64,000 nucleotides of DNA from Deltaproteobacteria bacterium (GCA_016704445.1 JADJAE010000151.1:26099-90098); one strand, 5' to 3'. Numbered from the stretch's first letter, positions 19,750-30,023 are shown. Translations and numbers: made by a program. Notes: generated by a model from the sequence alone, not told the origin.

Positions 19750-20361
19750 TCACTCCACGGAGCGTCGACGACGCCGTCGCGCCAGCACCCACGCGAGGCC
19801 CCATAGCGCGCTCCCGATGGGCCACGATCGCGCGCCCCCGACGCCGCATCCGCAGCCCGATGGGTGCATCGCCCACCGAGGCTCGTCGCGACACTCCGTC
19901 GAGGATCGCCCGGCCCGCGTCGTCGGGCGTCGCATCGCGCGCGGAGACGCACCGTCCCCGCCCAGGCGCGCTCGTTTGCCAGGTCACCACCAGCCGGGCG
20001 CCGCTCGGAGCAGATGGCGTTGTCGACGCTGACTCGCCGCGGCTGCAGCGCGTCCTTCCAGGGCGCGTCACGTCGAGGCCGGGTCCTCGTCGACGACAGC
20101 GGGCCGTCCGTCAGGCAGCCGCGTGCCGTCGACTGCACGCCGTGGCACCGGCGAACCGCCGATGCACTGACGGATGTCGACGGGCACCGGCGTCGCGGCC
20201 GTGCCGGGTTGGGCTCCCGCGTAGGAGCCGTTGTCGCTGGGGTGGAGGCAGTGGGTGGCGATGCCGTAGCCGGTCGGTCCGCCGAAGCCCGTGAGCAGCG
20301 GGACCGCGCCGACTACCGGCGCGAAGCAGGTGACGATCGCGAGCGCGAGGGCGCGCGACAA
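19750..20361 (-). pseudogene. Disrupted secreted protein with a MYXO-CTERM-like tail
   Basis: TTG start. The signal peptide and PLLTGFGGPTGYG...PSDNGS (nidogen-like N-terminus) lie in the same frame as the tail GCGCGVGGARSWPIGSALWGLAWVLARRRRRR. That frame contains two TGA codons (the first at 20068-20070). The middle reads more protein-like in other frames (ARLVVTWQ). Confidence 0.4.
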
Positions 20362-20368
20362 GCGCCGC

Positions 20369-20686
20369 TCAGGCGCGCTTGCCGAAGAGCGGCTCGGCGA
20401 GGCCCACCGGGCGCAGCACCGTGTCGAACCACCAGATGGCGCCCACCAGCAGGTTGCGCTTGTCGCCGAAGAACTTCGGCGGATTGCCCTTCGCCACGTG
20501 GCCGATGCCCTGGAGCGTCCAGCCCGCGGCGAACATGCTCAGCCCCACCGGGGGGATGATCATCGCGGGCAGCGAGGCCATGATCATCGGGATGCCCACG
20601 AGGTGCGTCGCCTCGCAGATCGGGTCGTCGTGGTACTCGCGGTAGTCCTTGAGCAGCGTCTGCCACTCGTCGTTGAGCAGTGCCAT
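20369..20686 (-). CDS. DUF962 (Mpo1-like) membrane protein
   Basis: 105 aa: MALLNDEWQTLLKDYREYHDDPICEATHLVGIPMI...GHVAKGNPPKFF. Matches the family pattern from memory. Confidence 0.6.
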   Translation of the reverse strand: MALLNDEWQTLLKDYREYHDDPICEATHLVGIPMIMASLPAMIIPPVGLSMFAAGWTLQGIGHVAKGNPPKFFGDKRNLLVGAIWWFDTVLRPVGLAEPLFGKRA

Positions 20687-20699
20687 CGGGAGCTCGCTC

Positions 20700-21071
20700 T
20701 CAGGTCTTGGGGGTGCTTGGGGTGCTGGGGGCCGCAGGCGCCGCGGGGGCGCTGCTCGATGCGCTGTCGCCGCCGGTGCTCGGGGCGCTCGGGGCGCTCG
20801 TCCCGCTGTCGCCGCCGGTCGCGCCCGGGGTGGCGGCGGGGGTGCCGCCGACCTTCGATCCGCTGGAGCCGTCGGCCTTCTTGTTGGAGCCGCCGCTGTA
20901 GAGGTCGGCGTACCAGCCGGAGCCCTTCAGGATGAAGTTGGCCGAGTTGATGAGCCGGCGCACCGCCTCGGCCCCGCACGAAGGACACACCTTGATCGGG
21001 TCGTCGGACATGCGCTGCACCTGCTCGAAGGCGTGGTTGCAGGCGCTGCACTGGTAGGAGTACGTGGGCAT
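20700..21071 (-). CDS. FmdB-family zinc-ribbon protein with a low-complexity tail
   Basis: MPTYSYQCSACNHAFEQVQRMSDDPIKVCPSCG (CxxC...CxxC), followed by a Gly/Ser/Ala/Pro-rich tail. Confidence 0.8.
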   Translation of the reverse strand: MPTYSYQCSACNHAFEQVQRMSDDPIKVCPSCGAEAVRRLINSANFILKGSGWYADLYSGGSNKKADGSSGSKVGGTPAATPGATGGDSGTSAPSAPSTGGDSASSSAPAAPAAPSTPSTPKT

Positions 21072-21105
21072 AGGACGCGACGGGTAATCCCGCAGCGCGC
21101 GACCG

Positions 21106-21921
21106 TCAACCGTTCTGGCGTCGCGCCTTGGCCGCCGTGAGGGCCGCCTCGAGCTCGGCCTCCTCGCTGGCCTCGGTGTGCGCGGCCTCTTCGGTCACGG
21201 CGCTCACCCGGACGTTGGTGGTCCCCTGGGCGGTCGCGGCCACCGGCGGGGAGACGCCCATCTTGCGCTTCAGCTCGTCGAGGGCCATGTCGGCGCCCTT
21301 GGAGACCTCGAGGTCCTTGAAGCGCTGAGAGAGGGCGTCGCCGGAGTACTGCTCGGCCACCTCGGTCTGCGCGTCGGCCTCGGCCTCCATCTGCACGATC
21401 TTCTCCTCCATGCGGTTGAAGGTGTCGAAGGCGCTGTCGTTGGAGAGCCCCTGCATCGTCTCGTGGATGGCCTTCTGCGCCTCCGCCCGCTTCTTGCGCG
21501 CGACGAGGACGTTCTTCTTGCGCTTGGCCTCCTCGATCTTGTTGTTGAGCGTCTTCAGGGCGGTCTTGAGCTGCTCGACCGCGGTCTTCTGCTTCTGCCA
21601 CTGGCGCTCGAACTCCGCCGAGAGGCTCTCGTGCTCCCTCTGCCGGAGCAGCGCCTCCTTGGCGAGGCCGTCGTCGCCCGCGCGCACCGCCATCATGGCC
21701 TTGCGCTCCCACTCCTCGGCGGTGGCCTTCTCGGTCTCGAACTGCTTGGCCAGGCGCTTCTCGTCGGCGATGGCCAGCGCGACCTGCTTCTTGGCCTCCC
21801 CGAGCTGGGTGTTCATCTCCAGGATGACCTGGTTGAGCATCTTCTCCGGGTCCTCACTCTTGGAGATGAGGTCGTTGAGGTTGCTCTTGATCAGCGAGGC
21901 CAGTCTGCCGAAGATTCCCAT
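21106..21921 (-). CDS. pspA: PspA/IM30 family membrane-stress protein
   Basis: MGIFGRLASLIKSNLNDLISKSEDPEKMLNQVILEM is followed by a long coiled coil. 271 aa. Confidence 0.9.
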   Translation of the reverse strand: MGIFGRLASLIKSNLNDLISKSEDPEKMLNQVILEMNTQLGEAKKQVALAIADEKRLAKQFETEKATAEEWERKAMMAVRAGDDGLAKEALLRQREHESLSAEFERQWQKQKTAVEQLKTALKTLNNKIEEAKRKKNVLVARKKRAEAQKAIHETMQGLSNDSAFDTFNRMEEKIVQMEAEADAQTEVAEQYSGDALSQRFKDLEVSKGADMALDELKRKMGVSPPVAATAQGTTNVRVSAVTEEAAHTEASEEAELEAALTAAKARRQNG

Positions 21922-21981
21922 AGGACTATTTGGTTCCCTGTTCGCTGTATCGATTGGGGGGAAACGCGCAGTCGGGGTGTT

Positions 21982-22365
21982 TCAGCCCCGGAGCGAGGCG
22001 ACGTGCTGCGACGCCGCGATGCCAAGGTCGTCGACCACCGCCTGGAACTCGTTGGGGTCGAGGTTGTCGAGCGGCAGCGCCGCCGTGAGGTAGATGCCGT
22101 CGTCCTGCAGGCAGAACGCGCTGTGCAGCAGCCCTGATCCATTGAGCCGGAGGAGGTTCTCGAAGAGGGCCTCGCGGTCGGGCGTGCCGGGCTCCGGGGC
22201 GTCGAGCACCCGCAGCCGGAACACCACCACCGGCGACTCGACCTTGATGGCCAGGTTGTGCAGCCCGGACGCGTCGTCGGTCACGACGAAGAGACCGCCT
22301 CCGAGGTCCTGGTACGGGATCCCGAACTCACCGAGGAATCTCTCCACATCCCGTTCAGTCCGCAT
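21982..22365 (-). CDS. YbjN / T3SS-chaperone-like small acidic protein
   Basis: 127 aa with a pattern resembling YbjN/CesT-like folds (LRLNGSGLLHSAFCLQDDGIYLTAALPLDNL). Immediately upstream of pspA. Confidence 0.45.
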   Translation of the reverse strand: MRTERDVERFLGEFGIPYQDLGGGLFVVTDDASGLHNLAIKVESPVVVFRLRVLDAPEPGTPDREALFENLLRLNGSGLLHSAFCLQDDGIYLTAALPLDNLDPNEFQAVVDDLGIAASQHVASLRG

Positions 22366-22431
22366 GGTGGCGCGGGAGCCTAGCAGGCGAGGTGGCGTGC
22401 AAGCTAGTGCCTCATCGCCAACGCGGAGGGA

Positions 22432-23013
22432 TCACTCCCGGACGTAGGTTCCGATGAGGGAGCCGGAGGCGAGCACGTGGCCTCGCATGGCCCTCACCAG
22501 CTCGTCGCGCGTGGGCGACTCGTCGAGCTCGAGCACCGCGTCGAGCGCGAACACCTGGAAGTAGTAGTGGTGCACCCCGTGCCCGGGCGGAGGCATCGGG
22601 CCCATGTAGCCCGTGTCGTGGCCGCTGTTGCTGCCCTGGTGCGCGGCCGGGACGCCAGGCACCGTGGCGGACTTCCCTACGCCCTCGGGGAGCGAGTGCA
22701 CCATCGCCGGGAGCCCGTGCACCAGCCAGTGGACGAAGGGCGATGGGAAGGGAGCGTCGGGGTCTTCGCAGAGCACCGCCACCGAGCGGGTGCGGTCGGG
22801 CACCCTCGACCACGACAGCGCCGGGGAGACGTCACTGCCGTCGCCCGCGTAGCGCCGGGGGATCGCCCCGCCCTCCACGAAGGCCGTGCTGCTCACCTCG
22901 ATGCTCGCCCCCGCCGTGAGTTCAGGGCGGTGCACCGCGACCTTCTCGTGCCCCGCCCGGATGGGGCGGATCGCCTTGCCGAACTCGCGCTTCACCGTGT
23001 CGACGATGCCCAT
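22432..23013 (-). CDS. YbhB/YbcL-family PEBP (Raf kinase inhibitor-like) protein
   Basis: CEDPDAP...FVHWLV...GYMGPMPPPGHGVHHYYFQVFALD is the canonical bacterial PEBP signature. Confidence 0.85.
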   Translation of the reverse strand: MGIVDTVKREFGKAIRPIRAGHEKVAVHRPELTAGASIEVSSTAFVEGGAIPRRYAGDGSDVSPALSWSRVPDRTRSVAVLCEDPDAPFPSPFVHWLVHGLPAMVHSLPEGVGKSATVPGVPAAHQGSNSGHDTGYMGPMPPPGHGVHHYYFQVFALDAVLELDESPTRDELVRAMRGHVLASGSLIGTYVRE

Positions 23014-23155
23014 GACGTCACCTCCGCTCCTTCGCCGTGCGCTCGTTCGCGCGCACGAATCTTCGTTGCCAGAAGCATTCCGATGAGGCGCTGCCGCTGG
23101 GGGCGGAGGCGCAGTGCGTGGCAGGTCGGTAACAGTCGTGGCGAAAGCGACCGGG

Positions 23156-24840
23156 CTACAGCGCCCAGAGCGCCGCCATGATGGCGAGCTGGGAGACGGC
23201 CACGCCCGCGAGCGCCGCGGTGAGCAGGTCGAGGTAGGTGCGCTCCAGGCCGATGGAGCGCAGCAGCGAGCGCTCGTCGCCCGCGTGCAGGATGATCCGG
23301 TCGGCGGCGGTGCCTCCCACCGCGGCCATGGTGGAGTCCATGCGGTACGAGCTGGCGGCCTTGGGGTCTTCGATGCGCCTGCAGTGGCCGAGCACGTAGA
23401 GCGACTCGCCGGGGTCGAGCACGCTCTGCTCGACGGTCCAGCGGAGGTGCCCGGCGCTGGGGTTGAGCGTCCCGATGGGGCTCTGCGCCAGGGTCCTTGC
23501 GAGCACGACGGAGCTGCCCTGCTTGTAGGTCTTCACCGTCGAGCGAAGGTCGACCTCGGCGTGCGAGGGGTCGATCAGCCCGTTGCCGCTCGCGTCGCTC
23601 ACCGGGATGAGGGCGGGCCAGTACTTCCTGGCCACGAGCTGGGTCACCTGCTGCTTGCCGCGGGCGACGGTCTCCTCGACGCGCACCTCCACCCAGGCGT
23701 GCGGCCTCGCGTCCAGAACTCCCGCCGCAGGGGCGCCGTCGTCGCGGACGCTCACCGCCAGCTCGACCACCCCGCCTCTCGCGTCCCTCAGCGGAACCGT
23801 CTGGGCTTCCCTCACCGGCGCCATCGCCCGCTCGAGGTTCTGTCGGCGGTGGCGCACCACGAGGGCGAAGATCGCCGCGGTCGCGCACGCCAGCAGCCCG
23901 AACAGATAGCCGGGACGCCCGCGAGAGGGCGCGCTGCCGGCCGCGGCGGTCCAGACGATGAGGCCGTGGGCGAGGGCCATGACGAGGGTGAGCGCCACGA
24001 TGCCGACGACCTGGGGCCACGCCTTGAAGGCGGGGACGGGACCCGCCCGGCGGAGGAGCGCGTCGGCCAGCGGGCGAGCGCGCATCACGTACCAGAGGTA
24101 GGCCAGCGCCACGAGGATCGCCGCGGCTCCGGCCGCGAGGCGGCCTGCGACGAGGCTGGCGTGCGCGTCGATGCGAGGCTGCGCGGTGCCGTCGCCGGTG
24201 GTGATGGTGAGGGGGGTGCTGCCGCAGCCGGTGAGGTGTGCGCCGTCGGGGTCGGGGCAGCCCTCGACGAAGACGGTCTCGCCGCTGGCGACGCAGTGGG
24301 CGCGCAGCCGACCGCCGTAGGGGACGTCGGCCAGCACCGTGCGAAACCACGCCTCCTGAGCGGCCGGAGCCACCAGCAGATCAGAGGGATCGAGGTCGAC
24401 GGGCTCGTTGACGCGGATGCGAGGGGAGCGATCGAGGGCGCGGAGGCCGGGGGCTGCCCCTCGAAGATCGCTCCGGCGGAGCGGGTCCAGGTCCCGTCGA
24501 GGCGCCAGCCGCCGTTCTTGCCCGAGACGTAGTGCTCGTGCTGCACCTCGCAGATCGCCGGTCGATCGCCGCTCGTCGCCCGCAGCGGGGCCGAGAAGCG
24601 AAACACCCAGCCCGCCTGCGCCGCGCCCGAAGGCAGGCGCAGCCGGTAGAGCGCCGAGCGGGGGTCGAGCACCTCGCGCAGCCCGTTCGAGCAGGCGACC
24701 ACGGCGCCTCCGCAGAACACCAGGGCGATGGCCAGGACGAAGGTCGTGATCAGCGCCCGGCCAGCGAGCCCGGAGTTGCGTTGACCCAGCAGGAAGCGTG
24801 ACCCGAAGCCGGTGCGAGCCATAGGTCCCGATGATGGCAC
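23156..24840 (-). CDS. Polytopic membrane protein of unknown function (GIDE-like?) with a broken frame near 24445-24455
   Basis: The N-terminus (MPSSGPMARTGFGSRFLL...TM...GAIFEGQPP) lies in ORF 24085..24840. The rest (LRALDRSPRIRVNEPVDL...several TMs...LAIMAALWAL) lies in ORF 23156..25252. The junction is at a run of five C on the coding strand. Confidence 0.55.
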
Positions 24841-24873
24841 AGGCCCAGCGAGCGGGTGACGGCGCGGTCGGCG

Positions 24874-26580
24874 CTACGGGTTGTCTGCGAGCGCAGGAGC
24901 GATCGGCTGGGTGGTCTCGCGGCCGCGGATCGACTCCAGGTCGCCGATGAGGTCGGCGGCTCCATAGAGTCCGATGCCGTAGAGGTTCTGGTCGCCGCGG
25001 TTGCGGAAGAGGGTGCCGCGGGCGGCGTTGACCAGCAGGCCGAAGCGCTCGCTGACGGAGACCTCGTTCTCGACGAGCTGCGTGTCGCCGCGCGATCGGT
25101 TGAGGTGCACCCCGTCGGCCATGGTGACGCTGCCGCTCGACGTGAGCAGCGTGCCCGCGCGGGTCTCGGCGATGCCGTTGCACTGGACGATCCCGGCGCT
25201 CGCGCCCGGGGTGACGACGATGCCGCCGAAGGCGTTGGCGACGAGGAGGCACTCGCCGATGAGCGGGGCGCTGGCGTTGGCGCCGAGGAGCACACCGCCG
25301 CCCGCGTTGGCCGCGATGAGCGCGCCGCGGAGGGTCACCGAGGCGTTGAGCCCCTGGGCGAGCACCCCGACGCGGGCGTTGCCTGCGACGAGGGTTCCAG
25401 ACCCTTGGAGGGCGGGGTCGGTGATGTCTCCGTCGAGGGTGACCGTGGCCCCGGCGCCCACCACGAGGCCGTCGCCGGCCTGGCCGCTGGTGACCTCGGC
25501 GAGGCGGGTGTTCGCGAGGGAGGCGCGGCGCACTTCGACCGTGTGGCGTCCTTCGACGTAGAGGCCCGCGACGCCGTTGCCGTGGCTCACGAGGCCGTCG
25601 AGGCAGTCGCGCGCCCCGGCGGTGGGAGCGGCGCCGAAGCAGGAGGCGCGGCCGTCGGTGAGGTCGGCGTCGCCGAGGAGCACCACGCCGTGGCGGGCGT
25701 TGGCGGTGACGAGGCCTCGGGTGAGCTGGACGTGCGCGGCCTCGACGCGGAGGCCCTGCTGGGCGCCGTCGCGGATGATGACGTCGTCGAGGGTGGCGCT
25801 GGCGCCGGCGCGGAGATGGACGCCGTAGCGCGCGGCGCGGCGGACGGTGAGGCGGGTGGCGGAGAGGGTTCCGCCGGTGAGGCGGAGGGCGTCGTGGCCG
25901 TGGTCGAGGGCGACGTCGCGGAGGGTGACCGAGGCGTCGGTGGCGTCGAGGAGGATGGACGCCTCGGGAGCGGGCGAGTCGCCGGGGTGGCGCAGCGTGA
26001 GCGAGGCGGCGGAGAAGCGGGCGGACGCGCGGACGACGAGGCCCGCGCCATCGGGGGAGAGGGTGAGCGTCGTGGCGGTGGCTCCGGCGCCGACGAGGGT
26101 GAGCTCGGCCGGGAGGGCGAGCGAGGGAGCGAGGGGGTGGTCGCCGCGGGAGAAGACCAGGGTGCGTGCGGTGGGAGCGGAGGCGCGGGCCTCGGCGAGG
26201 GAGGAGAAGGGGCGGTCAGGGGTTCCGTCGCCGCCGGGGGCGATGCCGGAGCGGATGTAGCGCACGGGGGCGGGGAGCGCGGCGGCGTCGGGCCAGTCGG
26301 GGCCCAGGACATCGGGCGAAGCGCCCAGGCGGACGCAGGCGAAGGCATCGGGGGAGGCGCCGGTGCGCAGCGGGGCCTCGTCGGGCGAAGGGCAGGTGGG
26401 GGCGGAGCGGGTGCGCGACGCGAGGGCGCGGCGGATGAAGACCAGCGGGGCGTCGGCAGCGGGCGCGTCGGCAGCGGGCGCGGGGGCGTCGACGGTGGAG
26501 GCGTCGGGGACGGCCGCGGGCGAGGGCGACGAGCAGGCACCGAGGAGGAGCAGCGGGAGGAGGGCGAGGGCGCGGGTCAT
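24874..26580 (-). CDS. Right-handed parallel beta-helix repeat lipoprotein
   Basis: ORF 24874..27072, trimmed to MTRALALLPLLLLGAC (lipobox). Repeated approximately 22-aa units follow (ATLDDVIIRDGAQQGLRVEAAHVQLT...). Confidence 0.7.
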   Translation of the reverse strand: MTRALALLPLLLLGACSSPSPAAVPDASTVDAPAPAADAPAADAPLVFIRRALASRTRSAPTCPSPDEAPLRTGASPDAFACVRLGASPDVLGPDWPDAAALPAPVRYIRSGIAPGGDGTPDRPFSSLAEARASAPTARTLVFSRGDHPLAPSLALPAELTLVGAGATATTLTLSPDGAGLVVRASARFSAASLTLRHPGDSPAPEASILLDATDASVTLRDVALDHGHDALRLTGGTLSATRLTVRRAARYGVHLRAGASATLDDVIIRDGAQQGLRVEAAHVQLTRGLVTANARHGVVLLGDADLTDGRASCFGAAPTAGARDCLDGLVSHGNGVAGLYVEGRHTVEVRRASLANTRLAEVTSGQAGDGLVVGAGATVTLDGDITDPALQGSGTLVAGNARVGVLAQGLNASVTLRGALIAANAGGGVLLGANASAPLIGECLLVANAFGGIVVTPGASAGIVQCNGIAETRAGTLLTSSGSVTMADGVHLNRSRGDTQLVENEVSVSERFGLLVNAARGTLFRNRGDQNLYGIGLYGAADLIGDLESIRGRETTQPIAPALADNP

Positions 26581-26584
26581 CGGA

Positions 26585-29017
26585 TCAGTTGGGCGAGAGG
26601 GGAAGGCGCACGGAGGGGAGGGCGTCGTCGGCGCAGGTGGCGTCGCGGCCGTTACCTGAGAGGGTAATCGAGTCGAGGGTGATGGCGGCCGATCCGTTGG
26701 TGTTGTTGAGCGTCGCGGCGCACCCGGTGTGGCGGGTGATGACGCCGCGGCGGAGGGTCGTCGCGCCGAGGGAGGCGAGGCCGATCTCGGCGGAGGGGCT
26801 TCCGTCGAGGGTGACGTCGGTGGCGGTGAAGGTGCAGCGCGGCCCGGTGTAGAAGCTGTACGAGCCGAAGACGTTGAAGGGGGTGGCGAAGGTGATCGGG
26901 TCGTAGTCAATGAGCCAACGGCGGGCGCCGCGCACGAAGAGGCCGTCGATCGCAACGGACGACGGGCCATCGAGCACCGGGCCCAGCAGGATGCGCAACG
27001 CAGCGATGTTGGCGGCGGGCAACAGTCCGGCGCGGACGGCGTACGCCAGCAGCACCTCGGTTGGAAACCCAAAGTCCGCGGCCACGACGGCGATGCTAGG
27101 CTGCTGATCGACGCTCACCCTCCGGCCGGTCATGGCCCCGGCGACCCCGGTACCGACGCCGAAGGAGGGATACCGTTCGAGCGGTCGTGCGTTGCGCACG
27201 ATGACGTCTTCCAGGGTCACGAGCGCGCGCGGGTCGACAGGCCTCCCGAGGACCATGTTGAGGTCGACGAGGCGGGTCACGCGCTCGGGGAGACCGATCG
27301 CCCCGATGCCGATCATGGAGGCCTCCTCGATGACCATGCGGCGCGCGTCGAGGCTGCCCACGACGTTTACCGCCATGCCGATGCCGAAGAGGCTGTTGGG
27401 AAGCGGGGCGACCCGGTGGATCAGCGAGTCCCGCACGTCCACGAACCCGAACAGCGTCGAGACGATGCCGATGCCGGTGATGTCGACGAGCTGCGCGCGT
27501 CGCAGCGAGAGGTGCGCGAAGTTCTGCACGCTGATGCCGTGGCCCGCGTCGACGTCGCCCCGCATGGTGCGAAGGAAGAACTGATCGAGGTCGGCGCGGG
27601 CCGAGTCCTCGGTGACGGAGATGCCGCTGCTCGCGTTCTCGATGGAGATGCGCCGGCCGGTCAGGGTCGAGTGGGCCACGATGACGGTGCTGTTGCCGGA
27701 GCTGGTCGTGCCGACGAAGTAGCTGTCGCGCACGGACAGGTCTTCGATCTCGGCGCGAGCGTCCCGCCCGATCATCACGGCCGTCTGCGTCGGGCCTCGG
27801 ATGGACGCCTGTCGGAGCGTCAGCGTGGCGCCGTCCGTCGCCTGCACGGTCGTGGCGCGCGTCCCTCGGATCGCGACGTTCTCGACGATCGCTGTCGCTC
27901 CAGCGTTCTCGGCGATCACGCTGATGTACGCGGTGCCCGGGAACGACGACCGCCGTAGGGTGAGGGTGCCCCCTCCGCCAGCGATCCCATGGTGCCCCAT
28001 CGAGGCCGGGTCGAGGTCACTGAACAACGAATCCACGGCCTCGACGGTTGCCCCGTGGTTGACCTCGATGGCGTTGTACCGAGTCCCCGAGAAGATGCAT
28101 GCTCGGATCGTCGCCACCGCGCCGTGCTCGGCGAAGACGCCATGCGAGCCCCCCGCGAGATTGACGCCGCGGAGGTCGAGGCGAATCGCCGGTCCGTCCA
28201 GGTTGAACAGCCGCACGCCGTTGGTGCCGGTGAGCTGCACGTTGGCCGCGCACCCGCCGAGGATGTGCATCGGGTGGCGCACCGTGAAGCCCACCGGGTA
28301 GTACCCCGGGTACAGCAGGAACCACTCCGCCTCGGGCTCCGCCGCGACCGCCTGGTTGAGGTCGGGGTACGGCGCGCGCATCGACCCGTCGGGCGTGAGC
28401 GTGGCCATCTGTCGCACGTACACCACGCGCTGCCCCGCGGCCTCCGGCGGAACCTCCGGGAACCCACCGGGGGGACAGCGCGACTCGTCCGTCGGGGTGC
28501 AGGTCCCGTCCGGGAGCGGTCCGCTGTAGCGCGGGCAGTCGTCTCTCAGCGTCGGTCGGCAGTGCCCTTCGGGCGCGTTGGTCCATCCGGTCGGGCAGAC
28601 CCACGGCGTCGACCACCCGCCTCCGATGCCGCCATCGGGCAGTCGGTAGAAGCGCGTTCCCTCCACCCCATCGGGGTCGCGCACCGTCGCCGGGCTCGTC
28701 GGGTCGTTGCCCTCGCACGCCCCCTCCGCGGCGCCGCCATCGGGCGCGCAGAGCAGCACCGCCGGGCCGCAGCCGCCGTGCTCGGACGCCACCCACCCTT
28801 CGGGGCAGGGGAAGCGCGTCGACACGTCCGCCGCGTCCGCCGCCGCATCGCTCCCCGCGTCGCTCGCGCCCCACGGAACATCCACCCGCCCCGTCACCGT
28901 CGCGTCGCTCGGCGCCACGGCCGCGCCCTGGCCACAGCCCGTCAGGCTCGTGCCCCATATCAACATCATCGCGGCGAGCCACCCCGCCGCGCGCCCCTGT
29001 CCCCCCCGCTGCCCCAT
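26585..29017 (-). CDS. Cys-rich N-terminal domain plus parallel beta-helix lipoprotein
   Basis: ORF 26585..29152, trimmed to MGQRGGQGRAAGWLAAMMLIWGTSLTGCG. CPEGW and CPTGW modules precede beta-helix-like repeats. The stop lies 4 nt before the next gene's start. Confidence 0.7.
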   Translation of the reverse strand: MGQRGGQGRAAGWLAAMMLIWGTSLTGCGQGAAVAPSDATVTGRVDVPWGASDAGSDAAADAADVSTRFPCPEGWVASEHGGCGPAVLLCAPDGGAAEGACEGNDPTSPATVRDPDGVEGTRFYRLPDGGIGGGWSTPWVCPTGWTNAPEGHCRPTLRDDCPRYSGPLPDGTCTPTDESRCPPGGFPEVPPEAAGQRVVYVRQMATLTPDGSMRAPYPDLNQAVAAEPEAEWFLLYPGYYPVGFTVRHPMHILGGCAANVQLTGTNGVRLFNLDGPAIRLDLRGVNLAGGSHGVFAEHGAVATIRACIFSGTRYNAIEVNHGATVEAVDSLFSDLDPASMGHHGIAGGGGTLTLRRSSFPGTAYISVIAENAGATAIVENVAIRGTRATTVQATDGATLTLRQASIRGPTQTAVMIGRDARAEIEDLSVRDSYFVGTTSSGNSTVIVAHSTLTGRRISIENASSGISVTEDSARADLDQFFLRTMRGDVDAGHGISVQNFAHLSLRRAQLVDITGIGIVSTLFGFVDVRDSLIHRVAPLPNSLFGIGMAVNVVGSLDARRMVIEEASMIGIGAIGLPERVTRLVDLNMVLGRPVDPRALVTLEDVIVRNARPLERYPSFGVGTGVAGAMTGRRVSVDQQPSIAVVAADFGFPTEVLLAYAVRAGLLPAANIAALRILLGPVLDGPSSVAIDGLFVRGARRWLIDYDPITFATPFNVFGSYSFYTGPRCTFTATDVTLDGSPSAEIGLASLGATTLRRGVITRHTGCAATLNNTNGSAAITLDSITLSGNGRDATCADDALPSVRLPLSPN

Positions 29018-29094
29018 CACGTCTCCGGCTATGACCTCAGCGGCGGACGCTAACAGGGCACGAGCGACGCCAGCAATCGCGCCGTACCGTAGTC

Positions 29095-29902
29095 TCAGCC
29101 GCCGACGAAGACGCCTTCGACGGTGTTCGCCGTCACGACCCGGGTGAGCCATCGGCGCAGCGTCGAGAGGTCACGACACGCTGCGATGCGTCGCGCCTGT
29201 CCATCGTCGAGCTGCCACCCGCGCGCTTCGATGGTCGCCACGAGCGCAGCGCGAAGCGCGACCAGAGGCCCTCTTCGCGCGCCCCTCTTCGCGGCCCTCT
29301 TCACGACCCTCTTCGCGTACCGCATCGAGGCTCCCGTAGCCCTTCGAGGCCAGCAGGTTGCGCAGCGTCACCTCGTGCGCCGCGTCGCGGTCGTACAGCG
29401 CTCGCACCGGCACCGACAGCTCCAGCACCCCGGGCGCGGCGAGCGTCCCCTCGTCGCCCACGGTGCGCATGGCCGCCCCGGCTTCGTGGATCTCCACCCG
29501 CCGCGGACCCACCAGCCGCACCACCCACACCCAGCGCGTACCGGCCGCGAGGAGCTCGGCGATCTTCGTCTTCAGCTCGGCCTCGTCCTGGCCTCGCCCC
29601 GCGTACTCCACCGCGAGCGGCGCCTGGGTCGCCCAGGTCCCTTCGCCGCCCTCGAAGTTCACCGTCACATCGGGCGCCCGCAGCGTGTCGGGCCCCAGCG
29701 CGAGGCCCGTGTCGACGCCCGCGCTGCGCACCGCGGGATCGCTGTCGAGCACCGCGAAGCCCAGGCCGTTGGGGCCGCTTCCGTCGCGCCCCGTCGGCGC
29801 GCAGAAGATCGGGTGACCCTGCGAGAGCTCGTAGGGGTCGCCCGAACGAAGCTGCCCGGGTCGAAAGGGACCGCGCTGGTACTTGCGATGACCGTCGCTC
29901 AT
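29095..29902 (-). CDS. Uma2-family (PD-(D/E)XK) endonuclease-like protein with a helical C-terminal tail and a broken frame near 29270-29300
   Basis: ORF 29171..29929 from MSDGHRKYQ: GDPYELSQGHP...RAPDVTV...PLAVEYAG...K...WVWVV, then EEGREEGREEGR. The tail (GPLVALRAALVATIEARGWQLDDGQARRIAACRDLSTLRRWLTRVVTANTVEGVF) lies in ORF 29095..29325. The junction is inside a 12-nt 'ccctcttc' repeat, where one unit is 14 nt. Confidence 0.6.
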
Positions 29903-30023
29903 CGCCTCGACGCTACCACCGCGCCCCATCGCTCGCTCATCGCCGCGGCGGTGCCACGGATCCCGGAGCTTCCACGGAGACGATTGACGCCGTCGCCGTG
30001 CGGCGGCTTAGCTACGCCGCACG

